DNA of 64,000 bases from Minutocellus sp. GHC0000111 (Eukaryota). The position numbers and the translations under genes are program-made. Below the pieces are notes generated by a model that was not told the origin of the DNA, did not search any database, and worked only from the letters and a program-made list of their open reading frames with translations. The stretch lies in contig OZ361259.1 of NCBI GenBank assembly GCA_977018835.1, forward strand, positions 1,426,001 through 1,490,000. Direction: 5' to 3'. Shown one piece after another: positions 1-11,351 of this stretch (position 1 is the first letter of the stretch; each line of letters opens with the position of its first letter).

Positions 1-496
1 CGAGCACCGCCGAAATAGCTCGCGTATATCCTTTCTCCTTGAGACTGATAATTTCGACATCAGATAGTGGCACATACGGACCATGCTGCGTGATCTGCGC
101 AAATAATTGAAACGAAGAGCCATCCATCTCTGCTTTCATTGCAAGTATGGGAGTATCACCGGTGATTACTTGAGTGGCGACAGTCTTGCCACCTGAATTA
201 GACTTGATTTCAGCGCCATTACTTGCATTCGCATCGTCCTCGGCAGGTGGCTTCTTTTCTGCATCCAGGGCACTACCAGTGGGAGCATAATTACATTCTT
301 CATTCGTTTTGAGACGTTTGTGAATTAGACTTGGTGGAGAGGATCCGCCTGAAGATGGCAGAGTGGGATTCGATGATCTCTTGCGCAATGGAATAGACGG
401 ATGCATTGGGGAGCTAGTTGTCGTGTCGATGACATCAGCGGCCGGTGATGCGTCCTCAAGGAGAGGGATGGGATTGGTGGAATTGTTGTGGGCCAT
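1..496 (-). CDS. 5' part of a hypothetical protein running off the window start
   Basis: ATG at 496 in a CCACC-ATG-G context; reads MAHNNSTNPIPLLEDASPAADVIDTTTSSPMHPSIPLRKRSS... with no stop to base 1; no recognisable domain. Confidence 0.45.
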   Translation of the reverse strand, partial: MAHNNSTNPIPLLEDASPAADVIDTTTSSPMHPSIPLRKRSSNPTLPSSGGSSPPSLIHKRLKTNEECNYAPTGSALDAEKKPPAEDDANASNGAEIKSNSGGKTVATQVITGDTPILAMKAEMDGSSFQLFAQITQHGPYVPLSDVEIISLKEKGYTRAISAVL

Positions 497-799
497 GGTG
501 GAATGCGGGGGCGGATAGGCTTGTTGGTAATTGCTCGAGTGGAGTGTGGAGTGGAGTTCTGAATGCTCTGAATGCTGGAGTGGCCGTTGATGCTCGTGAC
601 GCGACGTGACGACTGGCATTGATATTATCTATCAATCCGTAAATGGGCAACTAGCATTAACCCTACCCCAAAAAGTGAGCATCACATCGACACGTCGCAC
701 GACATTGATCGATCGAGTGCGATCGTAGAGCAACGAGATAATACGCTCGTAGTAGAGTAGTCTACTGCACTGCCTACTGCACTGCGAAACAAAGCAACC

Positions 800-2631
800 A
801 TGCTCAACCACATAGGGGGCGCAATCATTGGGGCTGTTGGTGCAGTTGCGGGAGCTGTTCTCGGAGGTGGCGGAGCAAACAACGAACAGGACGGGCAGAA
901 CGATCGACACCAGGTCCAAGGCAATGGCGGCCCTCCTAATGCAACATCCTCTTGCAACGACGCTCCACCCAACCCTGATGCCAGTGTGTTGAACCCTGCC
1001 TACGTCCTCACCAGTAGCGTTTCCGAACAGCTTGGAATGAACAACGAGAACAACGAGGCCCCGCAGCAGGAGAAGGAGCAGTCAGAGGAGGGCCCCATCG
1101 TTCAACAGCAGGATGAAGAGGAAGAGGAGGACAACAGCAACGAGGAGAAACAAGCGCCGCATCCTCTCTTTAATACGAAAGCAGATCGAATGCCTTATGC
1201 ACCAGGCCAACAACCGATTCTTGGCGACAGTACCTTAGATAGGCTGCAATTGCCTGCTGCTGAAAATACTACTCGAGACGGCACGACTCTCGTTTCGGAG
1301 GAAACTACCGAGGCATCGGGTCGGGGATACAGTTCGGGCGAGGAAAGCTCGCCCTTTTGGTCTTCTTTCGAGAGTTCCGCCGACGACAATTTCGGTGGCG
1401 GAACCGACGCTTCAACGCTACCACCAATTACTGCCGCTAATTCGACTCACATTCATAGGGCATCCATCGCGAGCCCCAATTTTGAGCTCGACGAGAGAAG
1501 GAATGCGAAGCCCAATCTAGAGAAATCGACCTCAGTGGATGGTACCGGCTTGGGTTACAACGAATCGTCTAACATTGCCAATAGTCCAAACGCTGAGGAG
1601 GAGCAATTCCCCGCCGAGGATGATTCTCTGCTCACAGATTCAGATACCGGTGGCGACACTACCGAGTCAGTCAATGTTGAGACTGATCTTGAGACTTCAA
1701 CGAGTACATGTACCACTAGAAGTGGAAGGAACTATGCGTCGACTAGTACTATTGTGCGATCTACAGCCAAGCGCAAGATCGCTCAAGAACAAACGTCCCA
1801 AAGAGAGGCTACCGCAAAGCGTCGCAAAGCCAGCGACCAGTCCCAGCAAGCTTCCATCCTGAGCTCCGACCTTACAACGCCAGTTTTTGCGGTAAAAGCA
1901 ACACACAATGCATCCGCCGAGGAGTTCACCGTCAAGATTCAAACCGTTTATTTGGGCCATACCAAGAAGCATCAGACGAGGATATCATCACTCTGCGAAA
2001 AATGGGTCATGGCAGAACCCTTGAGACCGTTCGCCAAAAGGCGTTGGAGAAGGGCGAAGCTCACTCAGCAATATCTTCTGGTGCAAAGTCGGAGCCAGAA
2101 AAGCCCGTGAACCCTATAAGTGCCGTCGAGGACATCGAGCTCAAGTGTTTGGGCACCGTCCCGATGAGAGCGACCGGAAAGTACTGTGCTACTGATTCGA
2201 TCACAAACATGGTGCGTGATGTCGCCGCCAATATCTACTCTGACGATCTCGGTAAAACATTGCGAGCGTTTTGCGATGAAGGTGATGGCAAAATTGATTT
2301 CAAGTCTTTGAGCGCGAAGGTCAACGACCAGACGAAGAAGCTCCGCCTCGAGCTTCGGAGGCTCAAGAAACTACAGTGCGGAACACCATTTGGTAATGCT
2401 TCTCCCCACCTGCGCCAGAAGGCCATCATTGACTTAGCATCAACGGGCAAAATGCTCATCGTCGACTATTTCAGCAAACGCCACTCTAAGGCTCGTGGCC
2501 ATGTCGTTGGGGCGGCAAATGGAAAAGTATATGACAACGACGAGGCTACTGGTGGAATTTTTGACCTCCACGCATTCGCTTCGCACGAGTGGGACGGCAT
2601 TTACGCAGTTCGTATCGTTGTCCCCCACTAA
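800..2631 (+). CDS. Hypothetical protein: acidic disordered N-terminus plus globular C-terminal domain; frameshift near 2000
   Basis: ORFs 800-2110 and 2002-2631 join if one A is added to GAAAAATGG (..LCEK-MGHGRTLETVRQKAL..); NLS-like KRRK. Confidence 0.55.
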
Positions 2632-3323
2632 ATCTGAGCCTTGAACCTGCTACTAATTTTCCCGGCCGATCGTCGAGTCCTCTGAATTATCTTATATACT
2701 GATTATGACTTTCCCCGGCCAAATCAGAAAAATGGTGGGTGAATTGAGCTTGTGTGTTGTCATTTATTCTGTTGATTTGCTTGTGGACGGTATATCTATG
2801 CCTAAGCACGCTTTCCTTGTTCTTTCTTTTTCATTTTATCTTCATTCCCCATAGATGATGATGGGATGCGGGAAGAACTGGCGAGGAAATCGGAGGAGAG
2901 GAAAGAGGTAGATACGATACGGTATGATACGAAACTAAGATGCCAAACGAGACCACCACCGGTTTCATGAGCTCATCACGGTGACTCTCAGCGGCCTTAT
3001 CCACTTTTGCCATTTCAACTATGTCACGTGATATTTTGGAAGGTAGAAGACCATGGCCACACGGCCATGCCGGTTGAGACACTGGAGGCCTCTCGAGGCT
3101 TGTTATTACCTGCGCCCTTTTCCCAAAAGAGGAAAAGCCGAAACCCAAACATCTCTTCAGGCGCTGCTCTTGGCAAAAAGTGGTTTTGCGGAAGGAAGTC
3201 GGTTGTAGTAGATAGAGTAGGGGTCGATGTGATGATGTGAACACTTGTAGTATAAGAAGTAGAATTGGATTTTCAGCGGATTCGCCCGTCCCCACAAGTG
3301 TTTTGTTCTACAAGTACTTCTTC

Positions 3324-4868
3324 TCAGCCAATGCATTCATACGCCACAAGAAATCGGTCCAGACCGTCATTCAATTGCTGTCTTTGTACAACATCTTGCC
3401 TCAAACCAACCTCCTCCAACGTTTCTGTCTGCGGCAGTACATCATCGATATTATCTTCTTTGCTAAGGGGCACAAATACAACCATGCGACCTCCAACCCT
3501 CAGCAACCTATGGCCAGCATCTCGATCCGTCGCAATCATATTCAGCATGTCTTGCAACGGATTCGAGGATAGAGACTCTCGCAATCCGTATGGAGGATCA
3601 GCACAAATAACATCGAAAGGACCCCCTACAGCTTCCACCGCCCTAGCACGGACAGTTTCATCGGTAGCATCGCTTTCAATTAGAGCTACCGGAGGCTGAA
3701 GCCCCCTTGTTGTAAAGTCGGCAACAATATCCCGTCTGTTGACCAAACCATCATGTGCAATTTCAACCCCAACACATTTGACCGTGGGTTCAATCAGAGT
3801 TGCCGCCAGTAAAGTGGCACAGGAACCCGAGTAAGGATCCAGTATGGCTTGCTTCGGACCAACACGTGCAATGTTGCACATGGAATATCCTGCAATGGGA
3901 CACAGCGGCGTGTTGGTGATGCATATCCTGGTATTTGGATTCATAACTGAGATTTGAGGACCGGACCCCAGGTGACGAGTGAGAGCAATCTCTTTCCCAT
4001 CTTGACCAAGCCCTTCAAAGAGTACCACACTGATATCAGGTGATTTGAGATCCACCTTACCACCGAATTGTGCCAGTAGTGGCTCCAGAGATGACAGGGC
4101 ATCTTTTTCCCTCTTGACGGACCTGGTAGTTCGGTCACCAAATCTGGATCCCTTGCGACCACCCTCGTTGCCAAAGTAGCGAAGGCGGAATCGCCACTTC
4201 TTTTCAGTACCATCATCGTCATTTATCAAGTCATGAAATGTCCCACTTGATTTTGCTTTGGAATTCAATTCATCGTATCTTTGCTCCAATGCACCAACCT
4301 GATAAATGGAATTGACGAGTGAACATCTCTCCACGGTCTTTTTGAGATCATCCAATGAAATCACATCAGCGAAGGATGCTGACGCCATTGCATCGTCGTT
4401 TTCGGGACATGCAAACTCAAGATACTGCAGCGAAGAATTGAACAAGTCCACTTCCCGTTCGGACATGGATTTAGCTGCTTCATCTCTGCAAACAAGAGCA
4501 TTGGTAAAGGTAATGCTGTCGCCGAGCGTGCTGAGGTCGAGGCCAAATGCTTGTTCGTCTTGACCCTCCAGAACGGCACGGAGAGCACCGGTGAACTCCA
4601 ACAGACGAAAGTCTTTGCTGTAATCCTCCAAGGCCTCACCGCGCCAGTAGATGAGTATCCGTTTGTTTCGCATTGTGCCGTCTCCGCCATCGTCGCTGTT
4701 GCCGAGCGTGCGCCCACCCTTTGCAAAAGTAGCACATGTCGTTGCCCTGGCGTTGGCGCCGGCGGTTTGGTGATCAGTCGGCACGAACGCACGTGCCAAG
4801 GAGGCACATTGCAGGAGGACGAGGGTGATACAGACAGCAAACCGGGTCCATGCTGCCGAGCTGAACAT
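3324..4868 (-). CDS. TRM11/Trm-G10-like SAM-dependent RNA methyltransferase, predicted plastid-targeted
   Basis: SAM motif ILDPYSGS, motif IV ADPPYGLRE, THUMP-like region (KVDLKSPD); signal peptide ending LARA-FVP (ASAFAP-like). Confidence 0.75.
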   Translation of the reverse strand: MFSSAAWTRFAVCITLVLLQCASLARAFVPTDHQTAGANARATTCATFAKGGRTLGNSDDGGDGTMRNKRILIYWRGEALEDYSKDFRLLEFTGALRAVLEGQDEQAFGLDLSTLGDSITFTNALVCRDEAAKSMSEREVDLFNSSLQYLEFACPENDDAMASASFADVISLDDLKKTVERCSLVNSIYQVGALEQRYDELNSKAKSSGTFHDLINDDDGTEKKWRFRLRYFGNEGGRKGSRFGDRTTRSVKREKDALSSLEPLLAQFGGKVDLKSPDISVVLFEGLGQDGKEIALTRHLGSGPQISVMNPNTRICITNTPLCPIAGYSMCNIARVGPKQAILDPYSGSCATLLAATLIEPTVKCVGVEIAHDGLVNRRDIVADFTTRGLQPPVALIESDATDETVRARAVEAVGGPFDVICADPPYGLRESLSSNPLQDMLNMIATDRDAGHRLLRVGGRMVVFVPLSKEDNIDDVLPQTETLEEVGLRQDVVQRQQLNDGLDRFLVAYECIG

Positions 4869-5207
4869 GGCTCTACGCGCTGGGGGGCATGCCAGCTGAC
4901 AACTCACTCTACTTTGCCGCCTGCTCGGAGCAACAGCATGGCACAGACTGTGCCACTTCAAATAAAAGCCCAGGTACTGGTACCGTAGATAAAACGTTGT
5001 TACCAGTCAGAACTAACACATGCTGTACTTCCTGAATTCAGGGGGCGGGGCTGCTGCCCTTCGGCCTTGCCTCTCACAAGAAGCAAGCCGGCCGTAGCGA
5101 GGACCTCTGTCTGCCTCAGACCCTCTGCAGCAGCAAGCCAATTTTTGGCAATCGCAATGACGGGCGAACCTGGCTGGACGAGGACAGTTGGAAGGCAAGC
5201 AGGCAGC

Positions 5208-7466
5208 ATGGCAGCGACGGCCAACAGCAGCAGCAATAGCGGCGACGGCGGAGAGAGGAGGTCCCTCCCTCCTAGACACGAGACATTTTCTTCCGGCGAC
5301 GACGGCGCCGACGGTGCACAGGCAAAACGCGGCATGAGCAGCAGTACCGACAATGGCACATCGGCACGTGCCGCTTCTCCAGCAACAAGTGATGGCAGCC
5401 ACGGCAACGCATTTACATCTATCAACACATCCGAACCCCAAATACAACTGGGCCACGAAGGAGAGGGCCTCGAAGTGGTCATATCGCGATTCTCCGACGA
5501 ACTCGACGCGGTGGAATTCAAATTGCCCGACGATGGAAGTTCGGCCCCCCTCGACGCCAACATGAGCCGGGCGGCCAGCTCGCATTCGTTGGCCTAGTCG
5601 ACTCGCTCCGGTGGGAGCATGAGCAGCAGTTTAGGTGGTCCCAATTCCATCGGAAATGGAAGTTATAATGCAGGCTCTGGCGGTGCTACTCGTGGAAGTG
5701 CTGGTGGTCTGGGAAAGCCACCGATGCCCGTTATGGGCTCGGCCGCAAGCCGACGGGCTCATTCGACCGGCGAGATACCACCCCTGGGCAACGGCGGCGG
5801 TAGCAGCAGCGCTGGAACCAGTCGGCGGAGATTGCGACCGCCGTCTCCGGCTGGCGGCGGCGGGCCGGGCAGCGGTCGGCTCAGCCGTCAATCGTCTCTC
5901 CCAGTATCTTCTGCCAACGGCGGAACAACCAGCAACTCCAGAAAGCCAACTTTGCGCCGAGCCGTTTCCGACACGGCCGCCACGACCGCCCAGCGCAAAC
6001 AAAAGCGACCGGGCGTCGTCGCCATGGCCAAGATGGGATATCAGGAATGCGTCAATGCCATCATCCGTCCCCCCCGGGCCAAATCCTACAAGGACACAAC
6101 GTTGGGTCCGCCCGTGTTCAACTTTGGCGGACAGACCTTTGCCCGGCAGGACTTGGAGTTGGTCAATGGTCGCAACATGATACTGAAATGCAGTCACTGG
6201 ACCAACACGGCCCCGCCGGCCGAACGGGTGCCGTGCGTTATATACATGCACGGCAACAGCAGCGCGCGGTTGGAAGTACTGCCCCAATTGTCGTACCTGC
6301 TGTCGCTGGGGGTGTCCGACCTATCCTTTGACTTTAGCGGCAGCGGCAAATCCGGCGGTGAGTACGTCAGCCTGGGATATTACGAACGAGACGATCTGGC
6401 CACCGTCATTGACCACCTCCGTTCGACCGGCACCACGTCGACCATTGCTCTGTGGGGACGGAGCATGGGGGCGGCGACGTGTCTGATGCACGCCCCCCGC
6501 GATCCCTCCATTGCGTGCATGATTGTCGATTCGGCCTTTGCCGACCTGACGCAGCTGGCCACCGAAATGGTGGAACGGGGCAAGGAACACGGTGTCAACG
6601 TCCCCGGTTTCGTGACGAGCATGGCCCTGCGAATGATCCGAGGTTCCGTCAAGAAGCAGGCCGGCTTTGACATACGGCAGTGCGCCCCCATCCGGCACGC
6701 CGAGCAGTGCTTCGTCCCGGCGCTGTTCGTTCATGGTCGGGACGATGTCTTCATCAAGCGGCATCATTCGCAGGACATTCACGAGAGGTATGCCGGCGAC
6801 AAGAACATCATCGTGGTGGAGGGCGATCACAACTCCCCCCGACCGCGGTTCATGTTTGACAGCGCCAGCATCTTTCTGCAGACCTGTCTGCAGATCCCAC
6901 CGGACTGGACCTTTGAGCGCAACCCCCAGGTGAATCGGATGGCCCCGCCGTGGTTGTATCCCGGTGCCCTGGATGGACTTCGCGATCAGGATGAGCACGG
7001 ACTGGCGGCACCCTTTAGCAGATCCCTCTCGAGTTCCTCCGGAGGCGTTGGTCCAGCCCCGACGCTCAGTCCAGTGCCCAGCGACAGTGCAGCTGAAAAC
7101 GAAGCGGTGCCTGAAACAACGAATGGTGACGGAACGGACGGTATGGTGGATACTGTTGGCGACGGTGACAGCAACGATGCTGTCACCAAATTGAAGGAAA
7201 TTATAGACGATGATGAAGAGTTGGATGCTCTCCTAACGGAACTCGACAATGATACGGGTATGACGATTGAGCGTCAGGATGAGATCCAATCATCGCTGAT
7301 GAAAATGCTCGGTGGAAATGCCGATGCTTCGTCAGCAAAGGATACCGATGGCGGTGCCGCTGAAGAGGAAGGCCAGGAGGATAGTTGTTTGGCCGAGGAT
7401 GTAATGGCATTGGGCCTTGCTTGCTGTCAAAGCGTAGAGGAAGCGAGAAAGGAAGAGGAAGGCTGA
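5208..7466 (+). CDS. Alpha/beta-hydrolase (YqkD/ABHD-like); one in-frame TAG at 5595-5597 in the disordered N-terminus, or start at 5619
   Basis: IIRPPRA, YMHGNSSAR, nucleophile motif WGRSMG, HGRDD, GDHN; ORFs 5067-5597 and 5619-7466 are in the same frame. Confidence 0.85.
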
Positions 7467-7535
7467 TTGGGCTCTTTCAATAATTTTCTCTAACAACGAT
7501 GTTAGTTTTCTCACATACATTTGTAAAAAGCCGCA

Positions 7536-8633
7536 TCAAATCTCCTCAAATTGAGCAGTGAAATGCCGAAGGGGTGAATCTTCCTGCTCTACAATCCGAA
7601 GGCCCTTCAGTTCATCTCGGTGTGAGAACAATTCAATAATTGCTTCGACAACATAATCCATATGACTTTGCGTGTAAACTCTCCTCGGAAATGCAAGGCG
7701 TACCAACTCCAGCTCAGGCTTGTCTCTACCCTTGCCTCCAAACATGACGCTACCAATCTCACACGATCTTATCCCGGCGAGACGATAAAGACCAACAACA
7801 ATCGCTTGACCTGGGAACTGTTCCCTCGGAATATGTGGGCAAAATGTTTGTGCATCAATGTAGACCGCATGTCCTCCAGGCGGTTCAATGATTTGAATTC
7901 CCGCAGCAAGTAATTTCTCGCCGACATACTGCGAAGTTCTAAGGCGATAATTGAGATAGTTCTCATCTAGTACTTCCTCAAACCCCTGAACCATTGCCTC
8001 CAGATCTCTGCCTGCCAGTCCGCCGTACGTCATGTACCCCTCAGTCAGTATAAGCAGCTCTGATGCTCGCTGGAACAACGTCTCATCCCGAATGAGTAGG
8101 ACGCCACCAATGTTCACCATGCCATCTTTTTTTGCGCTTATAGTTGCGCCGTCAGCAAGGTCAAACATATCGCGGACGATATCCTTGATCGATCGGTCCT
8201 TTTGTCCATGTTCTCGAAGCTTGGTGAAGTAGGCATTCTCGGCAAACCGACACGCGTCGAGGAAAAACGGCACGTGATATTGATCACATACGCGACAAAT
8301 GGCTCGAAGGTTTTCAGATACCGGCTGACCACCGCTCGAATTAGATGTAATGGTACACATTACAACTGGCACATTGTCTCGCTCTCGCTCTAATAATTCT
8401 TCCAATTTTGGGATGTCCATATTCCCTTTGAATGGGTGGGATGCTCTCGGATCGGCAGCCTCGGCGATGGGCAGATTGATCGCTGCAGCACCGCTATGCT
8501 CAATGTTGGCCCGGGTGGTATCAAAATGCGCATTGTTTGGCACAATCTTGCCCTCTCCACCGAGTATCTCGAATAAAATACGTTCGGAGGCTCGTCCCTG
8601 GTGCGTCGGCAACACCCGGTGGAACCCAGTAAT
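7536..8633 (-). CDS. tnaA: Tryptophanase (PLP beta-eliminating lyase), lacking the N-terminal ~90 aa
   Basis: PTHQGRA, HFDTTRA, FKGNMD, DACRFAENAYF, PLP-lysine motif SAKKDGMVNIGG, YGGLAGRD, RRVYTQSH, LRHFTA (His typical of TnaA rather than TPL); no in-frame ATG upstream. Confidence 0.85.
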   Translation of the reverse strand: MTGFHRVLPTHQGRASERILFEILGGEGKIVPNNAHFDTTRANIEHSGAAAINLPIAEAADPRASHPFKGNMDIPKLEELLERERDNVPVVMCTITSNSSGGQPVSENLRAICRVCDQYHVPFFLDACRFAENAYFTKLREHGQKDRSIKDIVRDMFDLADGATISAKKDGMVNIGGVLLIRDETLFQRASELLILTEGYMTYGGLAGRDLEAMVQGFEEVLDENYLNYRLRTSQYVGEKLLAAGIQIIEPPGGHAVYIDAQTFCPHIPREQFPGQAIVVGLYRLAGIRSCEIGSVMFGGKGRDKPELELVRLAFPRRVYTQSHMDYVVEAIIELFSHRDELKGLRIVEQEDSPLRHFTAQFEEI

Positions 8634-8870
8634 CTGCAGATGTCTAAAAGTGGTTTTTGACGGTTCGCGACAAGGGTTCGCACTCTCACGAAAATCCGGG
8701 TTTCTTTTAGTGTACGTACGTTACGTACGTGCCACTTGAAGATGAACTTTGCTTTGCACACGCACGACGGCGAGACCACCCATCTCAATCCGAACGTATT
8801 GATTTTTTCCGCCGGAACTCATCGCAGTGGCGGCGCAGTGCCCAGCCACAACCAACCCACACCCAAAGCC

Positions 8871-11255
8871 ATGAAGCTCGGCGCCGCCTCGTCGGTGGTG
8901 CTGCTGGTCGCTCTGGCCGACGGCTCGGCGGCGTTTCAGGCCCCGTCGCGTCATGTGCCGACGTCTCCCTTGGGTACCGGATCTTCGTCCATCTGCATCC
9001 GCCAGCCATCAGTTCCAACGCCAGTAACCCGCACCATCACCTCCACTCGAAGATATGTGTCGGAATTGGAAAAGACTGATACTGAAAGCTCATCCTCATC
9101 ATCATCATCCACAAACATTCATACGAATTCCAACAATGGCACACCGCCGCCCCTAATGTCACGGGAGGAGCAGGACGCGGCCCTCCGGGCCCTCGGCGAC
9201 AGTTCGGAATACAATCGACGCAACGCCCGGGAGCAGGTGCTGGACGCATCGACGTACGAGGCCAGCCTCATTCAGGCTTGGGATACCGACCCCACCAAGC
9301 AGCACGGGTTTGATTGGGAGATCGAGAAAATGCGCCGGTATGCCGCCGGACTCAGTCAGCGGGAGGACGGGCAGTGGGTCCGCCGGCCGTCGCTGTTTGA
9401 CTTTTTGGTCACCAAGGGCCGGGCCAGCAGCGTCACCGGGGCGCAGGATGGTCCTAAGCCGGTGAACTTGGTCGACACGGTGATATTGGTGGTGACCAAT
9501 CTGCTGTCGTCGATTGGGTTCGGCCCGTCCCTGGGAATGGCGGCAGTCCCCAACGCCGTCATCCAAAAGTACGAGGGGTCCTTCTTCTCCTTCATCAAGG
9601 GTGCGCTGGGCGGTGATCTGCAAACGTTGGCCGGTGGACCGCTATTCCTTCTGTTGGCCAAGTACTATCAGGATTATGGGCCCATCTTCAACTTGAGCTT
9701 TGGACCCAAGTCGTTCTTGGTCGTCAGCGATCCCGTCATGGCGCGCAAGATATTGCGCGAGAGCACCCCCGAGCAGTACTGCAAGGGCATGCTGGCCGAA
9801 ATTTTGGAACCCATCATGGGCAAGGGTCTGATTCCTGCCGATCCGACGACGTGGAAGGTCCGTCGTAGGGCCATCGTCCCCGGCTTTCACAAGCGATGGC
9901 TCAATCGCATGGTGGGTCTGTTCGCCGACTGTGCCGATCGTCTCATCGATGACCTCGACAACAAGGCATCGGCCAAAACCGTCGTCGATATGGAGGAACG
10001 ATTCTGCTCCGTAACTCTTGACATTATCGGCAAGTCCGTCTTCAACTACGACTTTGGATCTACCACCCTAGAGTCACCCGTCGTCAAGGCTGTGTACCGC
10101 GTCCTTCGCGAGGCCGAGCACCGATCCTCTTCCTTCATCCCGTACTGGAATCTCCCCTACGCCGACAAGTGGATGGGTGGACAGGTCGAGTTCCGGAGGG
10201 ACATGACCATGCTGGACGACATTCTGGCCGGTCTGATCAACCGGGCCGTGCAGACTCGATCGGAGGCTACCGCAGAAGAGCTGGAGGAACGAGAGTACGA
10301 GGACGACCCGTCCCTCCTCCGTTTCCTTGTCGATATGAGAGGAGAGGATGTGTCATCCAGAGTCCTTCGCGATGACCTGATGACCATGCTCATCGCTGGA
10401 CACGAAACAACGGCGGCCATGTTGACGTGGACACTGTACGAGTTGGCACGAGGTGATCCTGGTCTGCTCAAGGAGGTCCAGTCCGAAGTGCGAAGTGTTA
10501 TGGGTAACAAGTCTCGGCCAGATTACGACGATCTTGAGGCCATGGAGAAGCTCCGTTTTTCGTTGATCGAAGCGTTGCGGCTGTATCCTGAACCACCTGT
10601 TCTCATCCGAAGAGCACGTGTCGAAGACATTTTGCCTGCGGGTGGATCTGGACTCAAGGATGGTATCAAGGTGCTTAGGGGTACCGACATTTTCGTTTCG
10701 ACGTGGAACCTTCACCGAAGCCCCGAATTGTGGGAGGACCCCGAAAAGTTCGACCCAACTCGATGGGAGAGACCATTCCGCAACTTTGGCGTCAAGGGAT
10801 GGGAGGGGTACAATCCCGACAAGATCAATGGATTGTATCCCAACGAATTGGCCGCCGACCACGCTTTCTTGCCCTTTGGCGGCGGTAAGCGCAAGTGCGT
10901 CGGCGATCAATTCGCCATGATGGAGGCCACGGTCACAATGGCCATGGTACTCAACAACTTCGACTTTGAGTTCTCAGGGGATCCCGACGATGTCGGCATG
11001 AAGACTGGTGCGACAATTCACACCATGAATGGTCTTAATATGCGAGTGAGAAGACGATCAACGGACGAGCCGCCGGAGAAGAGCAGCGGGTGGTGGACGA
11101 AACAACACCTCAAGAGAGGATTGAATGCGAATGGAAGGCCGTATGACTCAGAGGAGGAGGCGGCCTGGTCGGCAAACGAAGATGTCGATAGAATGACTCG
11201 TAGTGCACTAAATGCTCTGCCAAAAGAACCGGAAGCTAAGAGCAGCGACGCTTAA
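8871..11255 (+). CDS. CYP97: Cytochrome P450 CYP97-family carotenoid hydroxylase (LUT-like/LTL), plastid-targeted
   Basis: KGMLAEILEPIMGKGLIPAD, I-helix AGHETT, EALR (ExxR), heme motif FGGGKRKCVGD, MKTGATIHT; signal peptide + SAAFQAP. Confidence 0.93.
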   Translation: MKLGAASSVVLLVALADGSAAFQAPSRHVPTSPLGTGSSSICIRQPSVPTPVTRTITSTRRYVSELEKTDTESSSSSSSSTNIHTNSNNGTPPPLMSREEQDAALRALGDSSEYNRRNAREQVLDASTYEASLIQAWDTDPTKQHGFDWEIEKMRRYAAGLSQREDGQWVRRPSLFDFLVTKGRASSVTGAQDGPKPVNLVDTVILVVTNLLSSIGFGPSLGMAAVPNAVIQKYEGSFFSFIKGALGGDLQTLAGGPLFLLLAKYYQDYGPIFNLSFGPKSFLVVSDPVMARKILRESTPEQYCKGMLAEILEPIMGKGLIPADPTTWKVRRRAIVPGFHKRWLNRMVGLFADCADRLIDDLDNKASAKTVVDMEERFCSVTLDIIGKSVFNYDFGSTTLESPVVKAVYRVLREAEHRSSSFIPYWNLPYADKWMGGQVEFRRDMTMLDDILAGLINRAVQTRSEATAEELEEREYEDDPSLLRFLVDMRGEDVSSRVLRDDLMTMLIAGHETTAAMLTWTLYELARGDPGLLKEVQSEVRSVMGNKSRPDYDDLEAMEKLRFSLIEALRLYPEPPVLIRRARVEDILPAGGSGLKDGIKVLRGTDIFVSTWNLHRSPELWEDPEKFDPTRWERPFRNFGVKGWEGYNPDKINGLYPNELAADHAFLPFGGGKRKCVGDQFAMMEATVTMAMVLNNFDFEFSGDPDDVGMKTGATIHTMNGLNMRVRRRSTDEPPEKSSGWWTKQHLKRGLNANGRPYDSEEEAAWSANEDVDRMTRSALNALPKEPEAKSSDA

Positions 11256-11351
11256 GCCAGTTGCCGCCGGTACACAAAATTGTAAGATAAAACCTTTATA
11301 TGATTTCAATTAAGAATTACATACACTATCGATACATGGTATATAAATACA

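Noticed and set aside
2831..3295. 154-aa minus-strand ORF between the hypothetical gene and the TRM11-like gene
   Set aside because: No motif, weak coding character and a non-ATG start; may be UTR or intergenic
5595..5597. Genome-wide TAG reassignment (alternative genetic code)
   Set aside because: TAG ends several well-defined genes in the window at the expected position, and only two internal cases were seen
7536..11255. Tryptophanase + P450 as an indole/indigo biosynthetic cluster
   Set aside because: The P450 is clearly CYP97 with plastid targeting (carotenoid substrate); adjacency is probably coincidental
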